A DNA stretch of 64,000 bases from an uncultured cyanobacterium (GTDB lineage: Bacteria; Cyanobacteriota; Cyanobacteriia; Phormidesmidales; Phormidesmidaceae), in the NCBI GenBank assembly GCA_963793265.1, contig CAWBZI010000004.1:96001-160000 (forward strand), in the 5' to 3' direction. This document shows positions 1-10,229 of the stretch, piece by piece. The stretch's first letter is position 1. Each line of letters opens with the position of its first letter. The position numbers and the translations under genes were made by a program. A model generated the notes under the pieces. That model was given only the letters and a program-made list of their open reading frames with translations, was not told where the DNA came from and did no database searches.

Positions 1-599
1 AGGTCTACGTATTTATCGAGGGCCAAAAGAGCGTTGGTTTCTTCGCGGGTGGTGAGGAGTTGGACGGCGTTGGGGTTGTGGCCTGCGTGGGTGATGCCCT
101 GACGGATGGCTTGGACGAGGGCAGTGCAGGAGCGGATGGCTTCGCGACCGCCTTTGAGGATGACGGCGTTGCCGGATTTGATGGCGAGGGTGGAGATTTG
201 CATGACGGCATCGGGGCGCGATTCGAAGATAATGCCGAGGACGCCTAAGGGGACGCCGATGCGTTTGAGGATTAGGCCGGTGTCGAGTTCTTTGTGGAGG
301 GTGATGTCGCCGGTTGGGTCGGGGAGGGTGGCGACGCTGCGGATGCCTTGGATGGCGGCTTTGAGTTTGGTGGGGTCTAGTTTGAGGCGGCCATAGAGGG
401 GTTTGGCGATGTTGTCGGTGAGGGCGGCGGTGAGGTCTTGTTGGTTGGCGGTGGCGATCGCCTCAGCAGAATTTTCTAGTGATTGAGCAATCGACTCGAT
501 GATTTGGTTTTTGGCGTGGGTGGAGAGCTGGGCGAGTTCTCGGGAGGCTTGTTTGGCTTGTTTGGCGATGTCTGTAAGAGAAAGGGTTTGGGTGCTCAT
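1..599 (-). CDS. proA: Glutamate-5-semialdehyde dehydrogenase (partial, runs off window start)
   Basis: Not in the ORF track. Manual translation from ATG 599: MSTQTLSLTDIAKQAKQASRELA...VPLGVLGIIFESRPDA...IKSGNAVILKGGREA, which are ProA motifs. Confidence 0.93.
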   Translation of the reverse strand, partial: MSTQTLSLTDIAKQAKQASRELAQLSTHAKNQIIESIAQSLENSAEAIATANQQDLTAALTDNIAKPLYGRLKLDPTKLKAAIQGIRSVATLPDPTGDITLHKELDTGLILKRIGVPLGVLGIIFESRPDAVMQISTLAIKSGNAVILKGGREAIRSCTALVQAIRQGITHAGHNPNAVQLLTTREETNALLALDKYVD

Positions 600-692
600 G
601 GGTATGGCAGTGTTGGGTTTGATTAGTTTATCAAGAGGCAAGGCGCAAGGCGTCAAGATTAGGGGATTTCCTCCCCTAGACCCCTCCCCTGC

Positions 693-2063
693 TTATTTCT
701 TTACATACTGCCTGGGGGCCGAACCCTCCCCCAGACCCCCCGAAAGGGTTTCTGCGATGCGATTGCCTGCGCCGGGGTTGCCCATTCTTTGTTTGCCGTT
801 TTGGTAGATGAGTTGGAGGCGGTCGGGGTTGCTGATGATTTTGGCGATCGCGGGGCCAATTTCGTCGGGGCTCTCGACTTTGTATATGGAGGGGCCGAGC
901 ATCTTAGCCTGGACGGTGGCAAAAGTTTGGGTGAACTGAGGGCCTTTGCCGGGGAGGGTAATGGCGGGTTTACCGAGGCCGACGAATTGCTCAGTGGCGG
1001 TGCCCGCAGTGGCGATCGCAATCTTGGCCTCGTGCATACAGTCGTTATAAGCGTCATCAACAAGCACCAACGCCACATTCTGCCGGAAAAAACACGGGTA
1101 GGTTGGGTCAAGCTCCGCCGCGACCCAACTCTTCGAGATCTCATCGCCAAAGCCCTCTCCAGAAAGCGTAGGAGACAACGCTGCGAGCAAAATCAAAGGC
1201 CGGTTAGGAAAGGCCTTGATCAAGCCCGGAACGGCAGCTAAAAGATTACGCCAGTTCTCATAAGCTTCAGGCGATCGCGACCCTGGAATCAAGGCAACAG
1301 TAAGCGGCGTAACAAGCTGTTTCTTCTGAGTGACGTACTTAGCAGTAGCCTTTGTACGCGGCGAGTCTTCTTGGCTGCTAGGCGTGTAATTAGGCGCTAG
1401 CAGCCTGCGGTGTAGTGCTTTAAGTAGCCCAGATAGCTGGCCAGTAGGCGCAAGGCTGTCCATCATAGGGTTGCCCGCGTATTGGGCCGAGATCCCGAGC
1501 TTTTGAAGATGCTGAGCGGTGAGAGCATCGCGAACAAAGATAGTTTGAGCGCGATCGCGCGACATCAACCACCGTTCCCAAGGCAAATAGACCGAACCTG
1601 ACCAGCCCTCTAGTCTTTGTAGAAGCGTTTTCGCGGGCAGCTTGCCGCGCTCATCGCGCAGCCAGTACTCTGATTTAGCAGTACCGACGAAGCTGTAGGG
1701 CAAGCCGCTAAGGTAGGCAAATAACAGCGGCACAATATCTCCAACTGCAAGTACAGTATCGCGATCGCCCGTTGAGGCCGCAGCCCAGGCTTTGAGAGCT
1801 GAAAGTTGAGAGCGGGTGAGCGAAACTAGACCCTTTTGCAAATCGCGAGCAAGCTGCTTCGGATCGCGGTTCAGAAATCCGCCAGAAGGCAGTGTTTGCG
1901 TAGGGCCGATAATCGGTAGATTTGCTGAGCGATAGGCGCTGCCGTCTCCTGATATGGGTAAAGCGGCGATTTCGAGATTAGGATTGATTTGGCGCAACGG
2001 CACAAGAATGCGAAGGGCGATAACGTCTTCTCCGTGACCGTTGCTGATACAAAGCAATCTCAT
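693..2063 (-). CDS. Lipid-A-disaccharide synthase-related glycosyltransferase (TIGR03492-like)
   Basis: 456 aa; SNGHGED, LPSGGF, GNPMMD, LIPGSR and AGTATEQ motifs of the LpxB-related family. Confidence 0.85.
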   Translation of the reverse strand: MRLLCISNGHGEDVIALRILVPLRQINPNLEIAALPISGDGSAYRSANLPIIGPTQTLPSGGFLNRDPKQLARDLQKGLVSLTRSQLSALKAWAAASTGDRDTVLAVGDIVPLLFAYLSGLPYSFVGTAKSEYWLRDERGKLPAKTLLQRLEGWSGSVYLPWERWLMSRDRAQTIFVRDALTAQHLQKLGISAQYAGNPMMDSLAPTGQLSGLLKALHRRLLAPNYTPSSQEDSPRTKATAKYVTQKKQLVTPLTVALIPGSRSPEAYENWRNLLAAVPGLIKAFPNRPLILLAALSPTLSGEGFGDEISKSWVAAELDPTYPCFFRQNVALVLVDDAYNDCMHEAKIAIATAGTATEQFVGLGKPAITLPGKGPQFTQTFATVQAKMLGPSIYKVESPDEIGPAIAKIISNPDRLQLIYQNGKQRMGNPGAGNRIAETLSGGLGEGSAPRQYVKK

Positions 2064-2164
2064 AAAGTAAATGCGATCTATGATTACGCTTTAAGAATAG
2101 AGGGCACTCGGCCTTTAAAGCCCAAAAAAATGTGATTAAAAGCACCTCGATTTTTACTATCCCT

Positions 2165-3271
2165 ATGAACTCTGCGCAATTGGAAAAAGAGCAGCGCTTA
2201 CCAGACTTGCCTACGCTTCGAGAGCTGCATACTTACCTGACAGAGCAGGTCGCCCTAGCTGCCCAGCACATAGACCTCGAGCCTAAGGCGCTGTTTGAAG
2301 CGTTTGAAACAATAGGTTCGCTGGGTCTGCTGACGCCTAAAGTCCCAGCGGTACATGGCGGACTAGGCTTTGATACCCAAGCGTACTGGCAGTTTCAAAG
2401 TTTAATAGCTCGTTACTCAGGCGCGCTGGCTTTTTTACAAACGCAGCATCAGAGCGCAGCGAGCTTTCTGTTTGCCAGTAAGAACGAGGCGCTGCAACGC
2501 GGCTATCTGCCTGCAATGGCGCTAGGTAAAAGGCGAGTAGGGGTCGGTTTTTCTCAGCTACGTCGCAATCCTTGCCCGTTGCAGGCTTGGGCGGTGGAAG
2601 ATGGCTATCGGCTTTCTGGAGAGGTGCCCTGGGTAAGTGGGGCAGGGCTATTTGATGAATTTATAGGCGCGGCGGTGTTGCCTTCAGGGGAGGCGGTGTT
2701 TGGACTGCTGCCGCTAAAGGATGCCGTAGAGGGGGCGGGGCAAATAGCGGTCGATGAGCCGATGGCCCTAGTAGCAATGCCGAGTACGCAGACCGTTCGA
2801 GTGCAGCTAGAGGACTGGTTTTTGGGGCCGAGCAAGGTGGTGGGCGTGCGGCCTGTAGGATGGCTTGAAGGGCGCGATCGCGCGAATCCTTTAAGTCCTT
2901 TAGGTATGATGCTGGGCTGCGCGCAGGCAGGGATAGACTCAGCGCGGCGATCGCTTTTGCGGCGGCAGATAGATGCTGATGTGATTGATCGGCTTTCGGT
3001 GCAGCTTGACAGCCTGTGGCGAGAACTGCCGGAGCTGTGGGCGTTGCCGACTTCGGCTTATACGCAAAAAATGGCTTTGAGAGGACGGGCGATCGCGCTA
3101 ATGAATACCTGCGCTCAAGCGGCTGTGATTGCAGCTAGCGGCGCAGCAAATACTCAAGCCCACCCGGCTCAGCGAATATATCGAGAGTCTTTGCTGTTTA
3201 GCGTGAGCGGGCAAACGTCTGGTGGGGCGATCTCATCTTTATCTGCATTGTTACTTGCAAATGAGCTGTGA
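2165..3271 (+). CDS. Acyl-CoA dehydrogenase family flavoprotein
   Basis: GGLG, LSGEVPWVSG and HPAQRIYRE motifs. ATG 2165 chosen; GTG 2132 is possible. Confidence 0.8.
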   Translation: MNSAQLEKEQRLPDLPTLRELHTYLTEQVALAAQHIDLEPKALFEAFETIGSLGLLTPKVPAVHGGLGFDTQAYWQFQSLIARYSGALAFLQTQHQSAASFLFASKNEALQRGYLPAMALGKRRVGVGFSQLRRNPCPLQAWAVEDGYRLSGEVPWVSGAGLFDEFIGAAVLPSGEAVFGLLPLKDAVEGAGQIAVDEPMALVAMPSTQTVRVQLEDWFLGPSKVVGVRPVGWLEGRDRANPLSPLGMMLGCAQAGIDSARRSLLRRQIDADVIDRLSVQLDSLWRELPELWALPTSAYTQKMALRGRAIALMNTCAQAAVIAASGAANTQAHPAQRIYRESLLFSVSGQTSGGAISSLSALLLANEL

Positions 3272-3498
3272 ACGCAAAAGGACGCAAACACGCCCAAAAC
3301 GGTGACGTTCTAACGCTCATCTGGGCTGTTTATCAGATTTAGGCTCGCATCTACATCTACAGATAGATTTAAGATTTGATTGGATGAAGTGTTGTGACAG
3401 ATAAAGCTGATTGCTGTAACGAACGGTGTTTTAAATAGCAGCTATTGGCTATTCGGGTCTAATCTGCGGTAAACCTAAAGACAATATAAAGGTTTTAT

Positions 3499-3708
3499 AT
3501 GGACAGCAATCTTCTTCGCCAGCTTTGGTCTGTTGTGACGTCTTTTGAAAATAATAGACTCTCTAAGTTAGACGACAATAATTTGCTGCGATCGCTCGTA
3601 GACTCCCTTCAGTCCGATCCAGCTTTTGACCCGAGCAACGTGCCGCTTATTAGTAACTACATCAGCGCCCGACTTCCGCTTATTCGAGAGCTTTCTCAAC
3701 AGGCTTAG
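3499..3708 (+). CDS. Small conserved cyanobacterial hypothetical protein
   Basis: 69 aa, LLRQLWSVV...YISARLPLIREL; AAAGG upstream of the ATG. Confidence 0.7.
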   Translation: MDSNLLRQLWSVVTSFENNRLSKLDDNNLLRSLVDSLQSDPAFDPSNVPLISNYISARLPLIRELSQQA

Positions 3709-4059
3709 CTTCCTGCTTTCCCAACCCCCCTCTGCGCAAAGCAATAATTATCCCTACGCTTTGGCCTCTAAAAAGCGCCAGTAAGGGCGACATAAATGAC
3801 AATTTTGTAATTTTCTGCAATCTCGCCCAGGTGACTTGTGGAATGTACCGAACATCTCGGTAAAAAAATGATAGAGTTGAGCCCAACTGATTCTCAACAA
3901 AAAAAATGATCGCGTTTAAGTCCCATATACCAAGGCTTACGGCAAGTTTGTTCATTGTGAACTAATCAATGGACTAATCCGCTTTTAAGTTTTGATGACT
4001 GCGATCTGAGTTGAGCAAATTGTGTTCTCTTTTGTCTTTATAACTGCGTGAGATTTGAT

Positions 4060-5118
4060 ATGAAAAAGTGGGGTTTGATGCTCGCTGCGAGCATGAGCGT
4101 ATTGCCTTTGGTGGGCTGTGGCGCGCCGGGCGCTAGTGATAATGCAGAAATTACTCAGGGCGGTGCAGCCGGTAGTCGTCTGCAAACTGTGATAGATCGC
4201 GGCCAGCTAGTTTGTGGCGTCGATGGGGGTATCCCTGGCTTTAGCTACGTAGAAGACGGCGAATATGCTGGCATTGACGTAGATATTTGCAAAGCGGTTG
4301 CGGCTGCTTTGTTTGACGATCCTACGGCTGTAGAGTATCGCGATTTGGATTCTACCGAGCGTTTTGAAGCGCTCAAAGGTGGCGAGGTAGATATGCTCGC
4401 TCGCAACACCACCTGGACACTAAGTCGCGACACCTCAGTAGGTATGGAGTTTGCGCCCACTACCTTTTATGACGGCCAGGGGATGCTCGTGCGCGCAGAC
4501 TCGGGCATCGCTGAGCTGACCGACTTTGAAGGCAGATCTATCTGCGTAGAGACAGGAACGACCACCGAGCTAAACCTAACTGACCAGATGCGTCAGCTCG
4601 GCGTCAGCTTTGAGCCTCAAACATTCCAGGATGCGGATGCGGCTTACGCAGCTTACGAAGCCGGTAGCTGCGAAGGCATGACCTCCGATAAATCTCAGCT
4701 AGTGGCCCGTCGTAGTACGCTTTCTAACCCTGAAGAGCACGAGCTGCTAGAAGTCACGATGTCCAAAGAGCCGCTAGGGCCTTTGACAACCAACAATGAC
4801 TCAGCCTGGTTCGATACGGTGAAGTGGGTGACCTACGGACTGATCGAAGCTGAAGAGCTTGGCCTGACTTCTGAAAACATCGAAGAGGCTTCTTCTAGCG
4901 AAGATCCTAACGTTCTGCGCTTCATTGGCGCTGAGGGCACGCTTGGCACTGACATGGGTCTGCCTAACGACTTTGCTGCTCGGGCTGTTAGAGCTGTCGG
5001 CAATTATGGCGAGATCTACGAACGCAACCTTGGTTCAGAGTCTCAGTTCGAGCTAGACCGCGGTCAGAATGCGCTGTGGTCTGATGGTGGCTTGATGTAC
5101 TCTCCGCCATTCCGTTAG
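4060..5118 (+). CDS. natF: Amino acid ABC transporter substrate-binding lipoprotein (AapJ/BztA/NatF family)
   Basis: Lipobox LVGC; RNTTWTLSRD, FYDGQG, SKEPLGP and GGLMYSPPFR motifs. Confidence 0.9.
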   Translation: MKKWGLMLAASMSVLPLVGCGAPGASDNAEITQGGAAGSRLQTVIDRGQLVCGVDGGIPGFSYVEDGEYAGIDVDICKAVAAALFDDPTAVEYRDLDSTERFEALKGGEVDMLARNTTWTLSRDTSVGMEFAPTTFYDGQGMLVRADSGIAELTDFEGRSICVETGTTTELNLTDQMRQLGVSFEPQTFQDADAAYAAYEAGSCEGMTSDKSQLVARRSTLSNPEEHELLEVTMSKEPLGPLTTNNDSAWFDTVKWVTYGLIEAEELGLTSENIEEASSSEDPNVLRFIGAEGTLGTDMGLPNDFAARAVRAVGNYGEIYERNLGSESQFELDRGQNALWSDGGLMYSPPFR

Positions 5119-5255
5119 GCGCTGACTTACTACATGCGGATGAAGAGGTTTGGTCAGCAGACTATCTGTGATAATCAACAACTTCTGTTGATTAGCTCTG
5201 CCTGCTCTACAAGACTTTGTATGTTGTAGGCGCAAGTTTAGCTCAAGCCTCCCCT

Positions 5256-5300
5256 AAGAGCGTCGTCGATCTGAGTACTTAGATCGACGACGCTTTTTGT
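5256..5300 (+). terminator. Intrinsic terminator / stabilising hairpin after the binding-protein gene
   Basis: AGCGTCGTCGATCT-gagtactt-AGATCGACGACGCT perfect 14-bp stem followed by a T run. Confidence 0.85.
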
Positions 5301-5596
5301 TACACCGACGATTTCTGTGTCTTTTGTGACGATTTCTCTCTTTTTTGAACTGCTTTCTATTACGTTAGATAACAACCTGAGCTTTCTTAGCCACATCTTC
5401 TTAAATAGCTGTAGCTAGGGGCCTATCATAGGTAGCTATATTGACGATGCTGCTATTTTGGCGCTTGCAAAAGCAGACTTGCAGACATAATTTAAGTTTA
5501 CAGACTGTAAAAATGCAGACCGAAAGTTCTCAGCATTCATGACATATTGATGAGATATTTCGTGCTAAATGTTTCAGTACCTAATGTCTCAGTACC

Positions 5597-5644
5597 TTCA
5601 GTGCTCAGATATTTCAGTGCTCAGATATTTCAGTGCTCAGATAT
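5597..5644. repeat. Tandem repeat 3 x 16 bp (TTCAGTGCTCAGATAT)
   Basis: Exact copies at 5597, 5613 and 5629; degenerate copies just upstream. Confidence 0.95.
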
Positions 5645-5723
5645 TTAGTATTCGACTTTTGAGCTAGCTGATCTTTTGAGTCAATGTTTCGATCTAGCCT
5701 GATCTAGTCCCATTCGCGAACCT

Positions 5724-7157
5724 ATGGCAAATACTCCTCATAAGCCTGCCTCTGGCATCAAAGCTTTACTGCGAGACGAACGTTTCTGGCAGATCGCCTT
5801 ACAGGTTATTTTGGTGGTGGTGGTTTTTATCACCTTCTCCTATCTGTTTGGCAATCTCAGCAACAATATGGCCCGCAGCGGCACGAGCTTCGGCTTCGAT
5901 TTTTTTAAGAATCCAGCTAGCTTTGCTATTGGCGAAAACGCTATCGGATATACCTCGCAAGACAGCTACACCAAAGTTATTCAGGCGGGTATTATCAACT
6001 CTTTGCGGCTGATTGCGGCCAGCGTCATTACGGCGACGATTGTGGGTATTGCCGCCGGGGTCGCGAGCTTTTCCGACAACTGGCTGCTGCATAAGATTAG
6101 CCGGGTCTATGTCGGTCTAATCAGAAACATCCCGCTGTTGCTTCAGCTATTCTTCTGGTACTTTGCCGTCTATCTAGCGGCTCCTAGAAGAGAGAATCAG
6201 TTTGTTTTCCCCAGCGGTGGGGAGACGGCCTGGCTGGTAGTTAATAACAACAATGTGAACACCCTGGGCCCTGGTTTGCCGGGCGAAGTATGGGTGGGCC
6301 TAACGCTGTTAGCGCTGTCTTTGCTACTGTTTGGGCTGCTGTGGCGAGCGGCAAGCGCTTTTAAAGAAGGGCGTTTTGCGGCGGGCCTATCAGGCTGGGT
6401 AGCGCGAATAGGCTACATTGCCCTGATTGCCCTTGTGCTGATTGTCAACTATTTTCTTCTCTTTAGTCGTTCAGAAGAAGACAGGCTGTACTTTAAAGGA
6501 GCCCTGATCGCCCTATTTACGAATCCGTCTGGGCTGTGGATAGTGGCTCTGGCAGGTTTGGCGGCGGTTTTGCTGGTGCTGTGGAGAATGCGTACTAAGG
6601 CGATGCTTGAAGAAGGGCAGGAAGGTAAGGTCTTCTTGTTTGGGATGATTGCGATCGCTATTCTCGCTGCTTTGATCACGATATTTGCCTTCGACTGGAC
6701 GCTGCCGACCGTGATAGAGGGTGGCGGCGCGCGTGGCGGCTTAGAGATGTCGATGCGGTACGCAGCGGCGCTGACGGGCCTAACCTTTTACACAGGCGCG
6801 TTTATTGCTGAGATTGTCAGAGCAGGTATTCAGTCTGTCTCGCGCGGGCAGTGGGAGGCGGCGCGCTCGGTGGGCCTTAGCAACGGTAAGGCAATGCGAC
6901 TGGTGGTCTTTCCGCAGTCATTGCGCGTCATTATTCCGCCTTTGAACAGTGAGTTTGCTAACCTTGCCAAAAACTCTAGTTTGGCGTTTGCAGTCGGCTA
7001 CGCGGATCTGTACTCAGTGGCTAACACAACCTTTAACCAAACAGGGCGACCGATTGAGGTGTTTCTGGTGATTATGGCGACTTACTTAGCCCTCAACCTG
7101 CTCATCTCTCTCAATATGAACCAGCTCAACAATGCCGTTCAATTCAAGGAGCGCTAA
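5724..7157 (+). CDS. natG: Amino acid ABC transporter permease (AapQ/NatG family)
   Basis: IRNIPLLLQLFFWY; EAA loop AEIVRAGIQSVSRGQWEAARSVGL. Confidence 0.88.
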   Translation: MANTPHKPASGIKALLRDERFWQIALQVILVVVVFITFSYLFGNLSNNMARSGTSFGFDFFKNPASFAIGENAIGYTSQDSYTKVIQAGIINSLRLIAASVITATIVGIAAGVASFSDNWLLHKISRVYVGLIRNIPLLLQLFFWYFAVYLAAPRRENQFVFPSGGETAWLVVNNNNVNTLGPGLPGEVWVGLTLLALSLLLFGLLWRAASAFKEGRFAAGLSGWVARIGYIALIALVLIVNYFLLFSRSEEDRLYFKGALIALFTNPSGLWIVALAGLAAVLLVLWRMRTKAMLEEGQEGKVFLFGMIAIAILAALITIFAFDWTLPTVIEGGGARGGLEMSMRYAAALTGLTFYTGAFIAEIVRAGIQSVSRGQWEAARSVGLSNGKAMRLVVFPQSLRVIIPPLNSEFANLAKNSSLAFAVGYADLYSVANTTFNQTGRPIEVFLVIMATYLALNLLISLNMNQLNNAVQFKER

Positions 7158-7160
7158 GTC

Positions 7161-8621
7161 ATGGCACCTACCGGAACAGAAATCAGTACGCAAGATATTA
7201 GCTCAAGACCGATAGAGCGCGGTGCACCTAGAGTTCAGAAAGCTGGGCCAGTGGCCTGGAGTAAAAAGCATCTGTTTAACAGCGTGTTCAACAGTCTTTT
7301 GACGGTGGCACTGGTTGTCATCTTAGGGCTGATGCTGTTTGGCGTGTTGAACTGGGCGCTCACTCAGGCCAACTGGTCTGTGGTTAATGACAACTTTCCT
7401 GAGCTGATGGTGGGGCTGTATCCACCGCAGTCTTACTGGCGAGTTTGGACGGTGCTGGGGATTGTGCTAGCGCTAGCGGGCTTGAGCTGGGGCGTATTAG
7501 CTCGCAACCAAAAGCAGCTATTTTCTCGCGGCGTTTTGATTGTGCTGGGGGCGATCGCGCTATTCGCCGTCATTTTGCCCATGACGCGCGGCAGCATTCT
7601 CTACATTCTCGCTGGGCTGGGTCTGCTGGTTGCAGGTGCGGTTGCCGGTCAGGCCATTGGCCGTAAAAATGGAGACGCGGCTAAATGGATATCGGCGAGC
7701 TGGTTTGTCTCTTACTTTGTCACGCTGTACTTATTAGGTGGCGGGCCGTTTCTAGGTCGCGCTCCAGTCGTCGGCCCAAGTTTGTTCTATAGCATTATCG
7801 TCATGTTAGGCGGCAGCCTAGTCGCCGGATGGCAGCTCTCCAAACGAGTGACTATCCCAGCAATTCGAGATTGGCTCAGTAAAGTTATCCTTTTTCTTGT
7901 CGGCTTTATAGTTGCCTATCAAATACTTCGGTGGATACCTTATCTGCTCGGACTCGATTTTGGCCTCAGAAACGTTTCGACTAATAGCTGGGGCGGACTA
8001 ACGCTAACGCTGCTGTTGGCAATCAGCGGCATTATCCTGTGCTTCCCGGCAGGTGTGCTGTTGGCTTTGGGCAGACGAAGTAAACTGCCGATTGTGAGAG
8101 CATTCTCAGTCGCCTATATCGAATTGATTCGCGGTGTACCGCTGATTTCCATTCTGTTTATGGGTCAGGTGCTTATTCCGCTATTTCTACCCGAAGGGGT
8201 TCGACCCGACCGGGTAGTCAGAGCGATTATTGGCCTAACTATTTTTAGTGCGGCCTACCTAGCCGAGAACGTACGGGCAGGTTTGCAGGCGGTGCCTCAA
8301 GGGCAAAGTGAAGCAGCACAGTCTCTAGGACTTAACAAGCCGCTGACAACGACTTTGATTGTTTTACCACAGGCGCTCAAAACGGCGATTCCGGCGATTG
8401 TTGGACAGTTTATTAGTCTCTTTCAAGACACGACGCTGCTGGGTATTGTGGGCCTAGTAGAGCTGTTGGGAATTACCCAAAACGTGCTGGCAAGTCCGAA
8501 GTACCTGGGCGACTACAAAGAAGCCTATATCTTCATTGCCGCTATTTACTGGGTGTTTTGCTATGCGATGAGCTACGGTAGCCGTCGAATAGAATCTGCT
8601 TTGAATACCGATCTTCGCTAG
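7161..8621 (+). CDS. natH: Amino acid ABC transporter permease (AapM/NatH family)
   Basis: [15 protein letters not shown] and [24 protein letters not shown] motifs. Confidence 0.88.
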   Translation: MAPTGTEISTQDISSRPIERGAPRVQKAGPVAWSKKHLFNSVFNSLLTVALVVILGLMLFGVLNWALTQANWSVVNDNFPELMVGLYPPQSYWRVWTVLGIVLALAGLSWGVLARNQKQLFSRGVLIVLGAIALFAVILPMTRGSILYILAGLGLLVAGAVAGQAIGRKNGDAAKWISASWFVSYFVTLYLLGGGPFLGRAPVVGPSLFYSIIVMLGGSLVAGWQLSKRVTIPAIRDWLSKVILFLVGFIVAYQILRWIPYLLGLDFGLRNVSTNSWGGLTLTLLLAISGIILCFPAGVLLALGRRSKLPIVRAFSVAYIELIRGVPLISILFMGQVLIPLFLPEGVRPDRVVRAIIGLTIFSAAYLAENVRAGLQAVPQGQSEAAQSLGLNKPLTTTLIVLPQALKTAIPAIVGQFISLFQDTTLLGIVGLVELLGITQNVLASPKYLGDYKEAYIFIAAIYWVFCYAMSYGSRRIESALNTDLR

Positions 8622-8685
8622 CTCGTTTTCAACCCGCTTACTTTATCACCCTATTTACTTTCAACCCTGTAGAGGAACCCGAATC

Positions 8686-9471
8686 ATGACTCAATCTGAA
8701 CTCAGCGTACCTGTTTCTACCAATTCTTCTGTTGGTTCTGAAGCGGTGATTGTCGCTAAAGATGTGAATAAGTGGTACGACAACGGCTTTCATGTGCTTA
8801 AGGGCGTCAGCATGAATGTGTATAAGGGCGAAGTGGTCGTGGTGATGGGCCCTTCAGGTTCGGGTAAGTCTACGTTTATTCGTACGTTTAATGCGCTAGA
8901 GCCCTATCAACAAGGCACTATCGAAATTGACGGTGTGCTGATTGCTAACGATCTTAAAGATATTGAGGCGGTGCGTCGTGAGGTGGGGATGGTGTTTCAG
9001 CAGTTCAATTTGTTCCCGCATTTGACGGTGCTGCAAAATGTGACCTTAGCGCCGATTTGGGTGCGCCGCTGGCCTAAGGCCAAAGCTGAAGAGATTGCAA
9101 TGAGACTGTTGGATCGGGTGGGGATTGCGGAGCAGGCGTATAAGTTTCCGGGGCAGATGTCGGGCGGGCAGCAGCAGCGGGTGGCGATCGCGCGCTCTCT
9201 GGCCATGCAGCCTAAAGTAATGCTGTTCGATGAACCAACCTCTGCACTTGACCCTGAGATGGTGCGCGAGGTGCTAGATGTGATGCGTAACCTGGCTAAA
9301 GATGGAATGACGATGGTGTGCGTGACGCACGAAGTTGGCTTTGCCAAAGAAGTCGCCGATCGCGTGGTGCTGATGGACGGCGGCGTGCTAGTAGAAGAGA
9401 ACACGCCCGATAAATTCTTCAGCAATCCTAAAGAAGAAAGAAGTAAGGCGTTCTTATCACAGATTTTATAG
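8686..9471 (+). CDS. Amino acid ABC transporter ATP-binding protein (AapP/GlnQ family)
   Basis: Walker A GPSGSGKS, signature MSGGQQQR, Walker [11 protein letters not shown]. Confidence 0.95.
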   Translation: MTQSELSVPVSTNSSVGSEAVIVAKDVNKWYDNGFHVLKGVSMNVYKGEVVVVMGPSGSGKSTFIRTFNALEPYQQGTIEIDGVLIANDLKDIEAVRREVGMVFQQFNLFPHLTVLQNVTLAPIWVRRWPKAKAEEIAMRLLDRVGIAEQAYKFPGQMSGGQQQRVAIARSLAMQPKVMLFDEPTSALDPEMVREVLDVMRNLAKDGMTMVCVTHEVGFAKEVADRVVLMDGGVLVEENTPDKFFSNPKEERSKAFLSQIL

Positions 9472-9491
9472 AAATATTTGCAAGCTCTCAC

Positions 9492-9530
9492 TTTTGACCC
9501 CTCTTTCAAAGAATAAGAAAGAGGGGTTGA
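9492..9530. terminator. Probable bidirectional terminator between convergent genes
   Basis: ACCCCTCTTTC...GAAAGAGGGGT stem. Confidence 0.7.
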
Positions 9531-9536
9531 TGATGG

Positions 9537-10052
9537 CTACATAAATTTGCTAGCCATGCCGAGCATATCGCCCATATCGAGATCGCCATCGCCATCGCCG
9601 TCTAAGAAGGCGGTGAGAATAGGGTTGTGGTCAGTCGCTACAGCGCCTTGCTTTTTATTGCCCGTGCTCAAAAATTGCATCACTAGCGGCAATACCATCG
9701 GTAAAATGCCTTGAACCTGATTAGTATTGAGACTGGTTTTTTGCGTGACCGCTGAAATCATTTCGGTAAGCTGGCTGTTGTTGAACAGCTTAGGAATGAC
9801 TGATGCGCCGTTTGCTGAGCCTTGTTCTATTAGGGATTGGGCAACTTCATCGCCTTCGTTTTGGCGCTTTTCTCTAAGTGAGGAGCGTACGAAGCTACCA
9901 ATGACAGACATAGCCTGCTGCATGGTGCTAGAGTCTGCATTGTTTTGTGCGCCGACCTGCTTGGCAGCGCCTAGAATATTTGTGAGCTGGCTAGCGCTGG
10001 CCTGCCGAGTGGGATCGGCAACTGCCTTCATAACCTGATCGAATAGTCCCAT
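9537..10052 (-). CDS. DUF937-like protein
   Basis: MGLFDQV start; C-terminal FLDGDGDGDLDMGD motif. Confidence 0.75.
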   Translation of the reverse strand: MGLFDQVMKAVADPTRQASASQLTNILGAAKQVGAQNNADSSTMQQAMSVIGSFVRSSLREKRQNEGDEVAQSLIEQGSANGASVIPKLFNNSQLTEMISAVTQKTSLNTNQVQGILPMVLPLVMQFLSTGNKKQGAVATDHNPILTAFLDGDGDGDLDMGDMLGMASKFM

Positions 10053-10229
10053 TATTGCGAGTTTCCTTCCGTAGATGATTAAAACGGGTTGGGGTACCAA
10101 CGGCATTATACGGCAAGAAAATAGCGCGAGCGCGAGGTGTTATAAGTAAAGTCATAGGGGCGCATCTAAACTTTTTGTAGGTCTTGGTTTCCAATTCAAA
10201 TTTCGCGGTAGCTCCCTTTGGTGATTACG

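Noticed and set aside
5..807. Short ORF-track ORFs at the window start
   Set aside because: Explained as alternative frames over the partial proA and the adjacent gene end.
5430..5520. NtcA boxes upstream of natG
   Set aside because: Only GTA-N8-GAC near-matches, without a convincing -10 element at the expected distance.
5560..5650. 16-bp repeats as a CRISPR array
   Set aside because: Units are contiguous with no spacers, too short, and no cas genes are present.
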